This document shows, piece by piece, positions 1 through 13,127 of a stretch of 64,000 bases of DNA. The position numbers were made by a program, and so were the translations under genes. The notes under the pieces were generated by a model. That model did not search any database. It saw nothing but the letters and a program-made list of their open reading frames with translations, and had not been told where the DNA came from. The DNA lies in the NCBI RefSeq assembly GCF_036321535.1, contig NC_087438.1, positions 3,474,001-3,538,000 of the forward strand. The letters are read 5' to 3'. Positions within the stretch are counted from its first letter, which is position 1; each line of letters starts with the position of its first letter. Source of the stretch: Camelus dromedarius (taxonomy: Eukaryota).

Positions 1-290
1 CGCAGGCCCGGCGGGGTCGGCCAGGCCCGGGCGGGAGCGCGGCGTCGGCGCCCCGGGAGCCGCAGCCGCTGCCGGGCGGGCCTCACGCTGTGGGAGCGTC
101 AGACTGACCTGCGGAGCCTGCGGCTGGGGTTCTGACCGCCGCCTGCAAGTCGTGGCCACACTGCTGAGCGGAAGAGTGCGGCGCGAAGACGGATGGACTG
201 CCCCCTGCAACCCGCAGCGTGCGTTCTTACGCTGAGAACACCTGCCCTTCACGGCCACCTGGGCGTGGGCCCCGCTGCGGCGTTGGTGTG
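1..290. other. CpG-island-like intronic segment, cut by the window edge
   Basis: Very high GC content with dense CpG and GGGCGG boxes. Confidence 0.7.
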
Positions 291-498
291 TGTTTCCAAA
301 CAGCTCACCCAAGGGTGGCTCCTCAGGAAAGGTCTAGGACGTGGCTCTCTGCACCGCTTGGCTGTTAGCACTCTTTCTTCTGCTCCACCCGGAGGCAGAA
401 GAAGGGGCGTCTTCACGGTGTTGACCTGAGTTTGTTAGAGCCTGCTAGACAGCTGAAACTCTTCCTCGTTTTGAAAGAACCATTTCTCTCTCTCCTAG

Positions 499-636
499 CT
501 TTGGCATGGTCCACGATGGAGAAGGGAACGTGTGCAAAAAGTCAGAGGGCAACATAATGTCCCCCACGTTGGCAGGACGCAACGGGGTTTTCTCCTGGTC
601 ACCCTGCAGCCGCCAGTACCTGCACAAATTTTTAAG
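499..636 (+). CDS. ADAMTS16: ADAMTS16 internal exon (approx. exon 9): C-terminal part of the metalloprotease domain
   Basis: Acceptor tctcctag|C, donor AG|gtagga, 138 nt, phase 2-2. Translates (N)FGMVHDGEGNVCKKSEGNIMSPTLAGRNGVFSWSPCSRQYLHKFL(S), which holds the third zinc-ligand His of HExxHxxGxxH and the Met-turn. KKSEG/LAGRNG/LHKF match my recollection of ADAMTS16 rather than its paralogue ADAMTS18. Not in the ORF track. Confidence 0.95.
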
Positions 637-1892
637 GTAGGAGCCCCTGAAGCTGGCTGTGTGTCTCTTGGTGCCTTTGATGCTCTGCGTGGTCGGCCTA
701 ACCCTGTCTGAGCAGCTCCAGCCCCAGGGGCAACTTCCCCGGAAGGTCCCCATTTAAGGCATCTCAAGACATTCATTTGACCAAAGAGTTTACCAAGTTT
801 CTTCAGTCTTAATCCAACATCATTTGACCTTTAAACTCAAAAGAAGCCCATAGGATACTTACCAAAGCAAAGTATTTGTCACTAAAATTTAAGCTTTTTT
901 AAAAAAATTCTTCTATAACTAGACATTTTTCAGTCCATAATTTTTTTTAATTTTTAAATGTTTTTAAAATTCTTTCTTGCAGTTAATTGAGATATGATTG
1001 ACATACCATGAATTATTTTTTCTTACAAAATACATTTCTTATTAGGAAGAAAAAAAAATGAGTATATAAACCTTCACCTGGGTCTAAAATCCTATGATTT
1101 TAAGAATTATTTTTAGAAGCTTTTATTATAGTTCTAATTCACTTAGGGTGTAGACCACTGGGGAGGTTGGGTTTGATCCCCTGAAAAAGTAAGTTTTAAA
1201 ATTTTAGAGAAATAAGGGACTTTAAGAAACATTTTGGATCTGCTAGTAAAGTGGATTATCCCCCAAATGTCAATGGCTTTGAAGTTTGGCTTAAACTGGA
1301 AACTGAAATTCTGTTCGAAACTCACATGACGCTCCATCACAGGGCAGTGAGCTCTTGGCCCCATGTGGTCACTCATGCTGTCACTCAGAGACCCAGGTTC
1401 TTTCCGTCCTGTGGCTCTTTCCTCCTCAAGGACTCAGTTCCTCACTGCAGCCAGCTGGTGGCTGAGAAAAGAGGGAGCTCTGGAGAGGGTGCAGGACAGG
1501 GGCCATGCTCCTGGAAGTGGGAACTCAGCCAATGGCCCTCAGCACAAGGGGTGGGGATGTGCAACACTGTCCATCTGTGTGCCCTGGAGGAAAGGGACAC
1601 GAGGGTGAGTAAAGAGAGGGCTGTCCGTGCTGTGCTAGCAACTCCAAGTCATATCACAGCTGGAGTAACTGAGACCCGGAGGCACCAGATAGTTAGTGGC
1701 AGAAATGAGAGTAAAGCCGGCGCATTCTGGACCCTAGATGTAGCCTTCGTCCACCGATCCCAAGAACCACAGATGCAAAAGTGGAGGAGAAGTAAGTCTG
1801 TGGCAATCATGGCTATTGCTTGTGTTTTTATTGATAGGTGCTTAATAAAATTACTTGGTTCAAGTACTGAAAAAAAAAAAAGATAAGGGACA

Positions 1893-3320
1893 TTTCTCCT
1901 GCTTCATTGTTTTTCTTCAGTATTGCTTTGACAATTCTGGGTCTTTTGTGATTCTATATATCATATAATAAATTTTAAGATCATTTGTTCTAGTTTGGTG
2001 AAAAATGTCCTAAGTAATTTGATAGGGATCGCATTTAATCTGTAGATTGCTTTCGGCAGTATGGCCATTTTAACAAAACTGATTGTTCCAATCCAAGAGC
2101 ATGGGATGTCTTTCCATTTCTTTAAGTTATCTTTAATTTCCTTAATAAATGTTTTATATTTCTCTTCATATAAGTCTTTCACCTCCTTGGTCAGGTTTAT
2201 TCCTAAGGATTTTATTTTTTTGATGCAATTTTAAAAAGGATTTTTTTTTTGATTTCCTCTTCTGATATTTCATTGTTAGTGTAAAGAAACGCAACTGATG
2301 CCTGTATGTTAATCTTGTAACTTGCTACCTTGCCGAATTCTTTTATCAGCTCTAGTAGTTTTTGTGTGGAGCCCTTAGGGTTTTCTATATATAGTATAGT
2401 GTCATCTGCATATAATGACAGTTTTACCTCTTCTCTTCCAATTTGGACCCCTTTTATTTCTTTTCTTGTCTGATTCCTGTGGCTAGGACTTCCAATTCGT
2501 TGTTGAATAGAAGTGGTGAGAGTGGGCACCCTTGTCTTGTTCCAGATTTTAACAGGAAGGCTTTTAACTTTTCACCACTGAGTATTACATTGGTTGTGGA
2601 TTTGACATAAATAGCTTTTTATTATGTTGAGGTATGTTCCCTCTATACCCATTTTGGTAAGAGGTTTTATCATAAACAGGTATTGAATTTTATCAAATGC
2701 TTTTTCTGCATCTATTGAGATGATCGTGTGATTTTTGTCTCTTCTTTTGTTGATGTGATGTATCACATTGATTTGCATACGTTGAACCATCCTTGTGTCC
2801 CTGGGGTGAATTCAGCTTGACCGTAGAATATAATCTTTTTTTATATGTTGTTGTATTTGGTTTGCGAATATTTTGTTGAAAATGTTTGCATCTATGTTCA
2901 TCAAAGATACTGGCCTGGACCTAGAGTTAGTCATACTAGGTGAAGTAAGTCACAAAGAGAAAGAAAAATGCCATATGATATCACTTATATATGGAATCTA
3001 AACCAAAAAAATGACACAAATTTACAAAACAGAAACAGACTCACAGACATAGAAAACAAACTTATGGTTACCAGTGGGGAAGGGGAGAGTGGAGGGATAA
3101 ATTGGGAGTTTGGGATTTGCAGATACAAACTACTATATAAAAATGGACAAACAACAAGGTCCTACTGCCTAGCACAGGGAACTATATTCAATATCTTGTA
3201 ATGGCCTATAATGAAAAAGAATATGAAAAGGAATATATATATATATAAAACTGAATCACTATATTATACACCAGAAATTAATATGTTGTAAACCAACATT
3301 TAAACAATTAAAAAAAAAAA
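1893..3320 (+). mobile_element. 5'-truncated, 5'-inverted LINE-1
   Basis: 1893-~2916 is antisense ORF2 (minus-strand ORFs with [44 protein letters not shown]). ~2917-3320 is sense ORF2 end, 3'UTR and poly(A). Flanked by aagataagggaca (1880-1892) and aagatgaggggca (3321-3333). Confidence 0.9.
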
Positions 3321-5254
3321 AAGATGAGGGGCAGTCTTTGTTTAGAAAGTAGGTAGTTAGTAGAACTCCCAGGTTTGCAGCCAGACAGCTCATCTCTTTG
3401 AAGATGCCTTATCTCTGAAAGTCGACCCAGGGCTCCGGCTGCGTGGACACGAGAGCTGAGCTGCTGGGTCCACCTGGACTCCTCCACGATTCCTTCTCTT
3501 CCCTTCTGAACACACGTTTCTGGGACTGGACGGCGGGACCTGGAATAGACAGTGGTTGGATATTTTCATTCCTCATGGAGACCTGTCCACGTCCACCTTT
3601 GTCATTTCAGGAACATCATTGTTTCTTTGGCCCCGAGAAGGATAACTTCTCTCATTGAGAAGGGAGGACACATTCATGCATGAGACAGATGTGTACTTGA
3701 CCAGACCCAGGGGAGGGTGGTGTGCGCTCTCACACAGACCACCCATGTGCAGTCGTCTGCTGATTCTTCTAAAGGAGACACAAAGCTTGTGCTTCCTGAT
3801 TTTCAAAATCCTCGAATGCCGGCAGGAAGTGAGGGGAAATGGACAACTGCGTCCAGGTCTCACTAAACACATTTGTGTTTCTGCGATTCAGCAAAGGAAG
3901 CCTAAGAATTATGACTCATTTCAATTCTGTACTCTTGGGAAAAAATAGCAAACAAAACCGCCTTACCTTAAGTATTTGTAACAGATTATCACAAGAAAAT
4001 AATTAGTGGAATTATTTTTATAAAAAGTCAGCTAGAGGGGAAAAACAAACGGAGGAAGACCGAGGAAAACCGCACAATGGACAGACCCTAAAGAGCCGTC
4101 TTGCAAAAGGGCTAAGACCTTTCTAGACACCAACACAGGAAGGAAGACATAATCTGCCCATGTTAACAGACATTAGGGAAAATACCAATTTTTGTAAGGG
4201 AAGCAAAGCTTTTATCCACATAGAATTATTTAAAAACATATAACTGTATATGTGTGTATATAAACAGAACTATAGATTTATACAAGTGCATGCATTTATA
4301 AAAATATTTTTATATATGTATAAATATACTTTATAGTCACATAATACTTTATATATTATACATCTGCAATATAAGATCTAGTTTACATATTTGTAATAAG
4401 AAAATTATATGTATATGTCATATAGTGAGTGTTTATAGATGTTAACAAACACAAAAAAATGAAAACATTGGGGGAAAGTACCTCGTGTACCTGTACACAC
4501 CCTTCCCCGTGTCACCTGATGACATGCATGTGACCCTCCCCACTTATGCCCGCCTCTGGACCCCACACCGGGGTGGCTCCGTCCTGCCAGTCCACCCAGG
4601 CACCAGGAGCGCTGGCTTTTGCTGTCCTGGTTTTCTCTCTTTCTTTCTTATTTTTTCATTACAGCCCCTTTTCTCTTTTTCTGTTGCACAAATTAAGCCG
4701 TCTGTGTCTAGCGCGCCATTTGGGGAGGGTTATGTGAGTGTTTCTGCTGGTTTTACGTCCCGTGTGGTGTTCACTCTCTGATGGGCGGCTCCCCCGTGCC
4801 CACCGGGGGCAGCGAGCCCGCGGCGGGTTCACCTTTCATGCTGCCTCTGCCATCACTCCTCCAGGCCTTGCAACACGGCCTCCGAGCTGCCTCCTAACCA
4901 TCAGCCTCGGGGGCCCCCCCCCCACAGCTGCGGTCCTTCCTCCCTGCCTTAGCTGAGAACTCAGGTAAGATACAGCACCAGCGAGGGGAATGGTGACTGC
5001 TTTCCAGATTTTATGCCACCCAGGGAGACTGAGGATTTGGTGGATAACTTCCTGGTAATATAAACCTATTTCTAGGAATATATCCTTGATCATTTTTTTA
5101 AATTTCTGTTATCAGAAAAGGCAGTGTTCACATTATTCTTCAACTGACCTTGCCCAGTGGGCCCATCCGGCATTGCTGTTCCCTGTGCTGTGTTCTCCTG
5201 GAGTCAAGTTCGGGGTTCTTGGCATTGTGTTTAGCTGTTCCCCGCAGCCGTTCA

Positions 5255-5258
<4 letters not shown>

Positions 5259-5290
<32 letters not shown>
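5259..5290. repeat. (TG)n microsatellite
   Basis: About 16 perfect TG units. Confidence 0.95.
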
Positions 5291-5292
<2 letters not shown>

Positions 5293-7099
5293 GGGTTCTG
5301 CTCTCTCTAATGAAGACATCATGCGCCCACAGTGCTCTTGTCTGTGCTAATGAAGAAAATTTTGAGATTTCTGTATCCCAAATCCTGTCTATAAATTTCT
5401 AGATTCTTCTAAAAAAGTGTTGCTTTTTCATCTTAATGGTTATGAGGAAGATAGATGAACAGTTTCAGTTTTTCAAAATACTTGAAAAGCCCAAGGATGC
5501 AAAGTGTCGGCGTGCAGTGAGAACCAGCATCACAGAAGAGTCCAGAAAAAGTTTTTAAATTGCCGAGAAAGATAGGAAACTCATGGGAAAAAACAGTTAT
5601 ATGTTTAGAGAGTAACCATTTTGATGACATTAAATGTAGGCTGTAATCTTCAAATCGGAATATGACCCCGAGAATGATTTTGGCGTTTAAAGCCATTTTG
5701 TTTGGTGATCCTGAGTGGGTAAGCTCTGCTGAAGTCTGCCTGCTGGTTTTTGTGCTAATCGGTAAAGCCTTCTGCAGCCGAACAGTAATAAACATTTATT
5801 TTCAAGGACTTTACTAATTTCTTTGGTCCACATAATTATAAACAAATATCAAGACTTTGCTTGCTTCCAAATTTGTTTTCTTGAAAGATTACATTTTCCC
5901 AGAAAGCCTCTCATCATATTCACTAAGGTTCACTGCACGTGAAGCGACCAGTTGTGGACTGGACGTGTCCACAGTGCATCAGTCCTGGTTTTTTGTTGGC
6001 TTAATGATTCTGGGACTGTCTTATTTTACATGTTTGCTGACTTCCTTATTTTGATTATTTCCAAGTAATCAAAATAGTGTTATATTCTCCACCAGTTAGT
6101 TGGCTATTTGGACGTGATCCCAAAAGTGAGTAAGGCTAACTTTTTAAAGATAAAACTGCTTTATTTTATTAGCAGTCCAGCATTGGGTATTGGAAAAAAT
6201 ATATAATAAGGGAGCTCAACTGGCCTGAAGTTGTCAGCACGGCTCTCCTCCATACTTGGGAGAGTCAGGGACAGACATGTGTCCGCAGTCAGTTCCTCAA
6301 CCTCGTCAGTAAAGACATGTGTCATTTCCTATGAGCAGACACAGACCTCATCCCGTTTCCTCATGTCTGTGTCTGGGAGGCCTGGGACTCCGGGCAATTA
6401 TAGTTCATTATTTTAAACTTAATGACAACATGGACTCTTCCTCAGGTTGCTTTTTAAAACCTTGAATCATGCACTGCTGACCAGTGAAGACGCCTCACCT
6501 CCCATCAGGGGAGTCTGCACCAGCACACGAGAAAGGTCATCACAGCACAGCTGGAGCTGAGGGGTGCCCGGGGGCCCTGCCGTGCCCCGGACCCCCTGCT
6601 CGATGGGAAAATTCAACTTGACCTGAGAGCCCATGAAGCATGCTTTTGGGCAAAATGGACATAATACATTTCTTGCTCTGCTGTGCAACGTTCATCTTAA
6701 GGAAAGCAAGCCAACGAGTCATGGCTGATTGTAGTTCCTGTAAGACTGGAGCCTGGGGAGTGGGCACCGCCGTGCAGTAGAGCAGCAGAGGGAATCCGAG
6801 CTCATGTCCAGATCAGGACGTCAGCACTGAGGTCTGTGAAGCCTTGACCTTGGCAAGTAGTATGGCCTTTTCTGGGTTCCCCCGTTTTCTTACTTGGAAA
6901 AAGAGGGAACACAAGTAAAACGTCTCTACAGCCATGAACCAGAGCAGGAGAAGGACTTGGAAATATTGTTGTGAAACCTCTGAGCTTGCCTTATTTTCTT
7001 CATTAATGTTATTTTTGTTGTGGTTAAACATATACGTATAGAAAAGTACAAAATTACAAGGGTACAGCTCAAAGACTTGTCGTACAGTGAATCTCGGTC

Positions 7100-7675
7100 A
7101 CAATACGGAGCATTTACAGTAGCCAAGATGTGGGAACAGCCTAAGTGTCCTTCAGCGGATGAATGAGTAAAGAAGATGTAAGCTGGGTCTACATATTTAT
7201 ATGTATATAGTATACATATATGATGTATATGTGGCATTTATATGTATATACATACTACATCTATACACACACGACGGGATATCACTCAGCCACAAGAAAG
7301 AAGGAAAGCCTGCCATTTATGAAAAATGGATGGATTTTGAGGGCATTATGCCAAGTGACATAAGTCAGAGAAAAGACAAATGCTATATGATCTCACTTCT
7401 CTATGGAATCTAAAAATAAATCAATCAATCAAACTCTTAGAGATTAGATTGGTAGTTTGTAAGGGCCTGGTGAGTTGGGGGAAGTCATGGGTGAACATGG
7501 TTAAACTTCTGGTTATAAGATGAAGGAGTCCTGGGACTGTCACATACAGTATAGTGCCCACAGTTAACAGTACCATATTTCATATTTGGAACTTGCTAAG
7601 AGAGTAGATCTTAAAAGTTCCCACTACCAAAAAAAAGTAACTGTGAAGTAATGGACGTGTTAACTAACCTAAAAA

Positions 7676-7683
<8 letters not shown>
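7100..7683 (+). mobile_element. LINE-1 3' end (older L1MA-type), inside an older antisense L1
   Basis: gcatttacagtagccaagatgtgggaacagcctaagtgtcc, atggatggattttgagggcattatgccaagtgacataagtcagagaaaagacaaatgc and gagagtagatcttaaaagttccc are typical L1 ORF2-end/3'UTR motifs. Ends in an A-run and (TA)n. Boundaries approximate. Confidence 0.75.
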
Positions 7684-7736
<53 letters not shown>

Positions 7737-7760
7737 TAAAATATATGTATATATATATAT
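7684..7760. repeat. (TA)n microsatellite
   Basis: About 20 perfect TA units following an A-run, then a degenerate TA/CA continuation. Confidence 0.95.
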
Positions 7761-7769
7761 ACAAACACA

Positions 7770-8482
7770 GTTATCCCCCCACAGCCCCCTTCTCCAAGCC
7801 CATCATCACCTCCTCTTCCCAAAGATAACCGTTCTCCTGACACAGAATCCATAGGTTAGCTTTGCCTGTTTTTGAACTTCCTGTGAATGGAAGCATGAGT
7901 TATGTGCTATTTTGTGTCTGGGGTCTTTAGCTAAATAATTTGATTATGAGATTCATCCTTGTTGCTGCATAAAAATACAGCATTCATTTACTTATTTTTA
8001 ATTGCATGGATATATTACAACTTATTAATCCATTCTGTTGGTGGTAGCCGTTTGAGTTTCCAATCTTTGGCTACTATGAGAAATGTTAGTATAAATATTC
8101 TTTCAGTTAACACATATCTCACTGATTATACATAGGAGTGGAGCTGCAGGGTCATAAATATATATGTACAGTGTCAGTAGACACTGCCAAGTAGCTTCTA
8201 AGAGATTATGCAAAGTTACAGCCCCACGAGCAGTTATGAACATGCAAATGCTCCAAATCCTTGTCAGTACTTGATCTTGCTGGTCTTTTCCATTGTAGCT
8301 AATCTGTGGGTCTGTAGTGGCGGGGCACAGTGGTAATGAATGAGGCTGAATACCTTTTTACATGTTTAATGACCACCTGAAAAACCTCTTTGGTAAAGTG
8401 CCAGTGCAAATCTGTTGTGCATTTATTTAAATTAGGCTCTCTGATTTTTCTTATCTCCTGTAATGGGAGTACTTTATATACT
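7770..8482 (-). mobile_element. Old L1M 3' portion, host of the younger L1; resumes after about 9998
   Basis: Degenerate antisense L1 motifs: tttgcctgtttttgaacttcctgtgaatggaagc, cataggagtggagctgcagggtcata, taatgaatgaggctgaataccttttttacatgtttaatgacca. The continuation tatgtattgcaaatatcttct follows the second TSD copy. Confidence 0.7.
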
Positions 8483-8495
8483 CTGAACACTTTAT

Positions 8496-9984
8496 CCCTT
8501 TTTTATAACATTTTTTATTGAGTTACTGTCATTTTACAATGTTGTGTCAAATTCCAGTGTAGAACACAATTTTTTGGTTATACATGAACATACATATATT
8601 CACTGTCAAATTTTTTTTCCACTGTGAGCTACCACAAGATCTTGTACATATTTCTCTGTGCTATACAGTATAATCTTGTTTGTCTATTCTGCATTTGCCT
8701 ATCTATGAATTTTGAACTCCCAGTCTGTCCCTTCCCACCCCCTGCCCTCTTGGCAACCACAGTTTGTATTCTATGTCTATGAGCCTGTTTCTGTTTTGTA
8801 TTTATGTTAATTTTTTTTTTTTTTTTTTAGATTCCACATATGAGTGATCTAATATGGTATTTTTCTTTCTCTTTCTGGCTTACTTCACTTAGAATGACAT
8901 TCTCCAGGGACTTCCATGTTGCTGCAAATGTCATTATGTTGTCGTTTTTATGGCTGAATAGTATTCCATTGTGTAAATATACCACCTCTTCTTTATCCAG
9001 TCATCTGTTGATGGACATTTAGGCTGTTTTCATGTCTTGGCTATTGTAAAGAATGCTGCTATGGACATTGGGGTGCAGGTGTCTTTTTGAAGTAGGGTTC
9101 CTTCTGGATATATGCCCAGGAGTGGGATTACTGGGTCATATGGTAAGTCTATTACTAGTCTTTTGAGGAATCTCCATACTGTTTTCCAAATTGGCTGCAC
9201 CAAACTGCATTCTCACCAGCAGTGTAGGAGGGACTTTAAAAAATGGAAAGATATCCCATGCTCCTGGATTGGAAGAATCAATATTGTTAAAATGGTCATA
9301 CTGCCCAAGGCAATCTACAGATTTAATACAATCCACATCAAATTACCCAGGACATATTTCACAGAACTAGAACAAATCATAATAAAATTTATATGGAACC
9401 ACAAAAGACCTAGAATTGCCAAAGCATTAATGAAGAAAAAGAAAGAGTCTGGAGGAATAACTCTCCCAGACTTCAGACAATACTATAGAGCTATAGTAAT
9501 CAAGGCAGCATGGTATTGGTACAAAAAACAGACATACGGACCAATGGAACAGAATAGAGAGCCCAGAAATGAACCCACAAGCTTTTGGTCAACTAATCTT
9601 CGACAAAGGAAGCAAGAATATACAATGGAATAAAGACAGTCTCTTCAGCAAATGGTGTTGAGAAAACTGGACAGCAGCATGTAAAGCAGTGAAGCTAGAA
9701 CACTCCCTTACACCATCCACAAAAATAAACTCAAAGTGGATCAAAGACTTAAACATAAGACAAGATACAATAAACCTTCTAGAAGAAAATATAGGCAAAA
9801 CATCATCTGACATACATCTCAAAAATGTTCTCCTAGAGCAGTCTATTCAAGCAATAGAAATGAAAGCAAGAATAAACAAATGGGACCTAATGAAACTTAC
9901 AAGCTTCTGCACAGCAAAGGAAACCATAAGTAAAACAAAAAGACAACCTGTGGAATGGGAGAAAATTTTTTGCAAATGATGAAA
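8496..9984 (-). mobile_element. Young 5'-inverted LINE-1 inserted antisense to the gene
   Basis: 8496-~9230 is antisense poly(A), 3'UTR and ORF2 end. ~9231-9984 is plus-strand ORF2 ([31 protein letters not shown]...WDLMKLTSFCTAKETI). Flanked by ctgaacactttat at 8483-8495 and 9985-9997. Confidence 0.92.
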
Positions 9985-10659
9985 CTGAACACTTTATTCT
10001 TTATGAACAATATGTATTGCAAATATCTTCTTTCACTCTATGATTTAGTATTTACACTTTTAATAGTGTCTCTTGATAAACTGATAAATGGAAGGATTTT
10101 TTATGGACTCCAAACAGTTCGTATTTTTCCTTTAAGATTAGCACTTTTTGTGCCCTGCTGAGAAAAAAAAAAAACAACAAAAACTCTGCTTACCCCAAAG
10201 ACGTGAATATATTCTTCCGCATGATCTCCTGCAAGCTTTATTGTTTTGCTCATCGCATGCAGGCCACCTGACTCTTGTATCGAGCGTGCATGAGAGTCTT
10301 GTGGATATTGGGCGATTGTTTTTAAAGTGGCTGAGATGTTTGTCCTTCTTGTATCCACTCCCTGTTGTACCCCTGCACCCACCTTGCTGACTCCGGGCTT
10401 AGCCACGTGACCTGTTCCTGCTAAGGGGACAGAACACACATGGCCAAGCAGGAGCCCAGTTGGAGGGATCAGGGTGTCACCTACACACGGTTTCATCCTT
10501 CCGGATGCGATGCCTACCAGAGCTTACTCTCACATCGCAATGTTGCTGTGTGTGTTCCTGCATCTGCCCCCTGCTTCGGCTCTTCCCGGCTCCCAGTCTG
10601 TGCACTTGACCTCATCCTCATGGCCGTGTGCTTACTTGCTCTGGCTCCTTTGAAATTTA

Positions 10660-11640
10660 CATGTCTCTTGTTTTCAGGTTAGCTTTGACATTTTTCTGTG
10701 ACTTAGGTTTTCTGCAGAGTTCCTATTGTGTACCCATTTGTGTTCTTTTTCCTGCTTGGGGTTTTGGAACTGCTTAAATCTGATTTATTGTCTTTCATCA
10801 GTTTTTGAAAATCTTCAAACCTTTTGTTTACAAGTATCGATTCTGACTCTTTGATTCTGTCCTCTCCTTTTTGGCTTCCAATTGTATAAATATTAGAGCT
10901 TTTCACAATACACTATGTATATATGGTATATATTAGTTCTCTGGTGAAATTCTCCATCTAAAAATCTGTTTTCCCAAATCTAATAACCACAATAATTTTA
11001 AATCCCATTTCTAACCACTCCAGTATCTGGATTCCTTATGAGTCTGCAGATATTATTTGTATATTCTCTTGGGTTTCAATTGTTTGGTCTCATCTCCTAG
11101 TACACTCGGTAATTTTGAACAAATGAAAGATATCGTTAATGAAAAATTTAAAGACAAAAATAAAGCTCTGAATGAGACTATCTTTGATTTCTAGCAGACA
11201 AAGGAGTTACAGTTTATAAGTCACCTTGGGACTGAGCTCATGTCTACCTGGCATTCAGTCTTTCTAAATCGGTCTGTTAAGTTTGCTTTCTCCTACTATA
11301 GACCTATTGTGGCTTCAGTGAACGTTCTGTTTACCAGAGCCCCTTCTTTTTGGCAGACCGACGATTTCAGTCTTCATCTTTCAGTCCCACCGGGTTGCCA
11401 AAACCTTGTCTAGCTTCTCAGCCTCTTAACTACTGCTTTCCATCCTGCTCTTTGGCATCTTAACATCTTTTTAGGACTTACCAAATTCCTTGAGGAGAAA
11501 AATAGTACTCGATGTTGGGTTCACGTCTCCACCTTCCTTTGCCCTGGAAATGTTTATCCCTTATGTCCTTTTTACTTGGAGAGCTTTCTGATGCTTACAG
11601 AGCAATCAGTCTGATGTGTGCTGATCCCCCATAGTCAGAA
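10660..11640 (-). mobile_element. Ancient L1M 5'/ORF1 region remnant
   Basis: Minus ORF 10703..10906 (KSSNIYTIGSQKGEDR...EDFQKLMKD) resembles degenerate L1 ORF1 (RSNIxIIGVPEGEE...ENFPKLMKD). Boundaries approximate. Confidence 0.55.
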
Positions 11641-13127
11641 GTGGAGGTCCTCTTTGAATTGAGTTTTGAGGCTGAATAATAAGTAATGGGTTCTAGTAAC
11701 CCAAACTGTAAGAAGATCCTGAACCTGTGAACTTTTAAAAAAAAGAAAAAAAGAATTCAATCTCTCGCTCGGGTTAATCAGTTTAGCTGACTTTCCCTAG
11801 TTTCCTGTCTGTGGAATGGGGATCATATTGCCAGTCCTGGCGTAACTTCATGGAGATAATGGGAGACATCTAGCTAGTATGTTGGAATTGTTTGAGATCA
11901 TTAGAGAGCAGTGCTATGGAATTCCGAAGCTGCCAGACCAGGCTTGTCCTGGAGCATTAATTATGCTTTTATTCATTTTTCTTTGCTTACAGACCCTTGC
12001 ATCCTGATCGTCACAGCAGTAATAGGTCATTTACCAAACACTTACAGCGAGCCAGTCACTGCCCCTAGCCCTTCCCTAGCCTTTGATTAATCTACTGAAA
12101 GGCTGCTGACCGCCTTGCATGTGATGAATGTCCCCTCCACAGTGCCCGGTGCCACCCTTCATGTTCTGTGCAGGCGGATGGTAATTAAGGACATGCATCA
12201 GTGGGCGCCAAGGCAGAAGAACCTGGGACCAGGGCCCTGGAGACTGGGGCCAAAAGGCTCTCAGTCAAGGTGGACAAACACACACAGGGAAGTCTGGGGC
12301 TGCATAGGCACGTCCACTGTTATTAAATTTCTTGTGATCGCACAGGTGATTTTTTTTTAATTTTTGCCTATCAAAATGTATAAATAGGATTTAGTTGCTA
12401 TTTGCAAACACTTGTTACTCTTTGTGCCAAATGTGAAAGTTACACGGAAGCATGTCTCTGGTAGGGAAGAGGATACCCTATTTGTGGAGGAGGAAATAGT
12501 TCGTTGGTCTTTTGCCATCTGCTAGTGAACTTAAGCAGGAATTCATTTTCTTCTGGACTTGGGAATCTAGTCAGAAATTAGCCTGAGCATAGAGCATTTC
12601 TGGTGGAAATCATGGCGGTGTTCCGCGTGGAATTTCTGGAAGCTGGAAGCTATCATGCAGGCTTCCTCTGGCCTAGGAAAGGAAGGAAGGAGGGAAGGAA
12701 GAAAGAAAATCCCAGTCTTTGAAATTGATAGATTGTGTTTTGCCACTTACAATGCCCTTTTTCATCTTTTTATTGTTCCTGGCAAGAAGCGTACCTGTAA
12801 ACGTATCTCTAATAGGAGCTCCTCGCATGGGACATCTGGTTGTATGACCCCATCTCATGTTCCCCGTGATAAGCTTGAGAAATCCCACAAAGAACAGATT
12901 GCCTTCCCAGAAAAGGTGAAATGTATTATGAATGATTTCAGAAAATGTGGCCCCTATATTTAAATATAATGAAGATAAATGTTACATTAGCCCTCAGGAG
13001 AAAAACGGCCCCTCTTCTTCATACGAGACGCACTGTAAAATTGCTGGAGGAAAAAAAAGCATGATCGAATGTACATCTTTGTAACTGTTCTGGCATCACC
13101 AGCAGCCCCGTCTCCTCTTTGTTTCAG

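Noticed and set aside
499..636. Assignment to ADAMTS18 instead of ADAMTS16
   Set aside because: Diagnostic residues in this and later exons fit my recollection of ADAMTS16 better. A protein BLAST would settle it.
1251..1886. 211-aa ORF
   Set aside because: Non-ATG start, appears to cross old repeat-derived sequence, and has no domain similarity I can recognise.
6336..6375. 11-bp inverted repeat cagacacagac / gtctgtgtctg as a possible miRNA hairpin
   Set aside because: The stem is too short and low-complexity, in what looks like MIR-like sequence.
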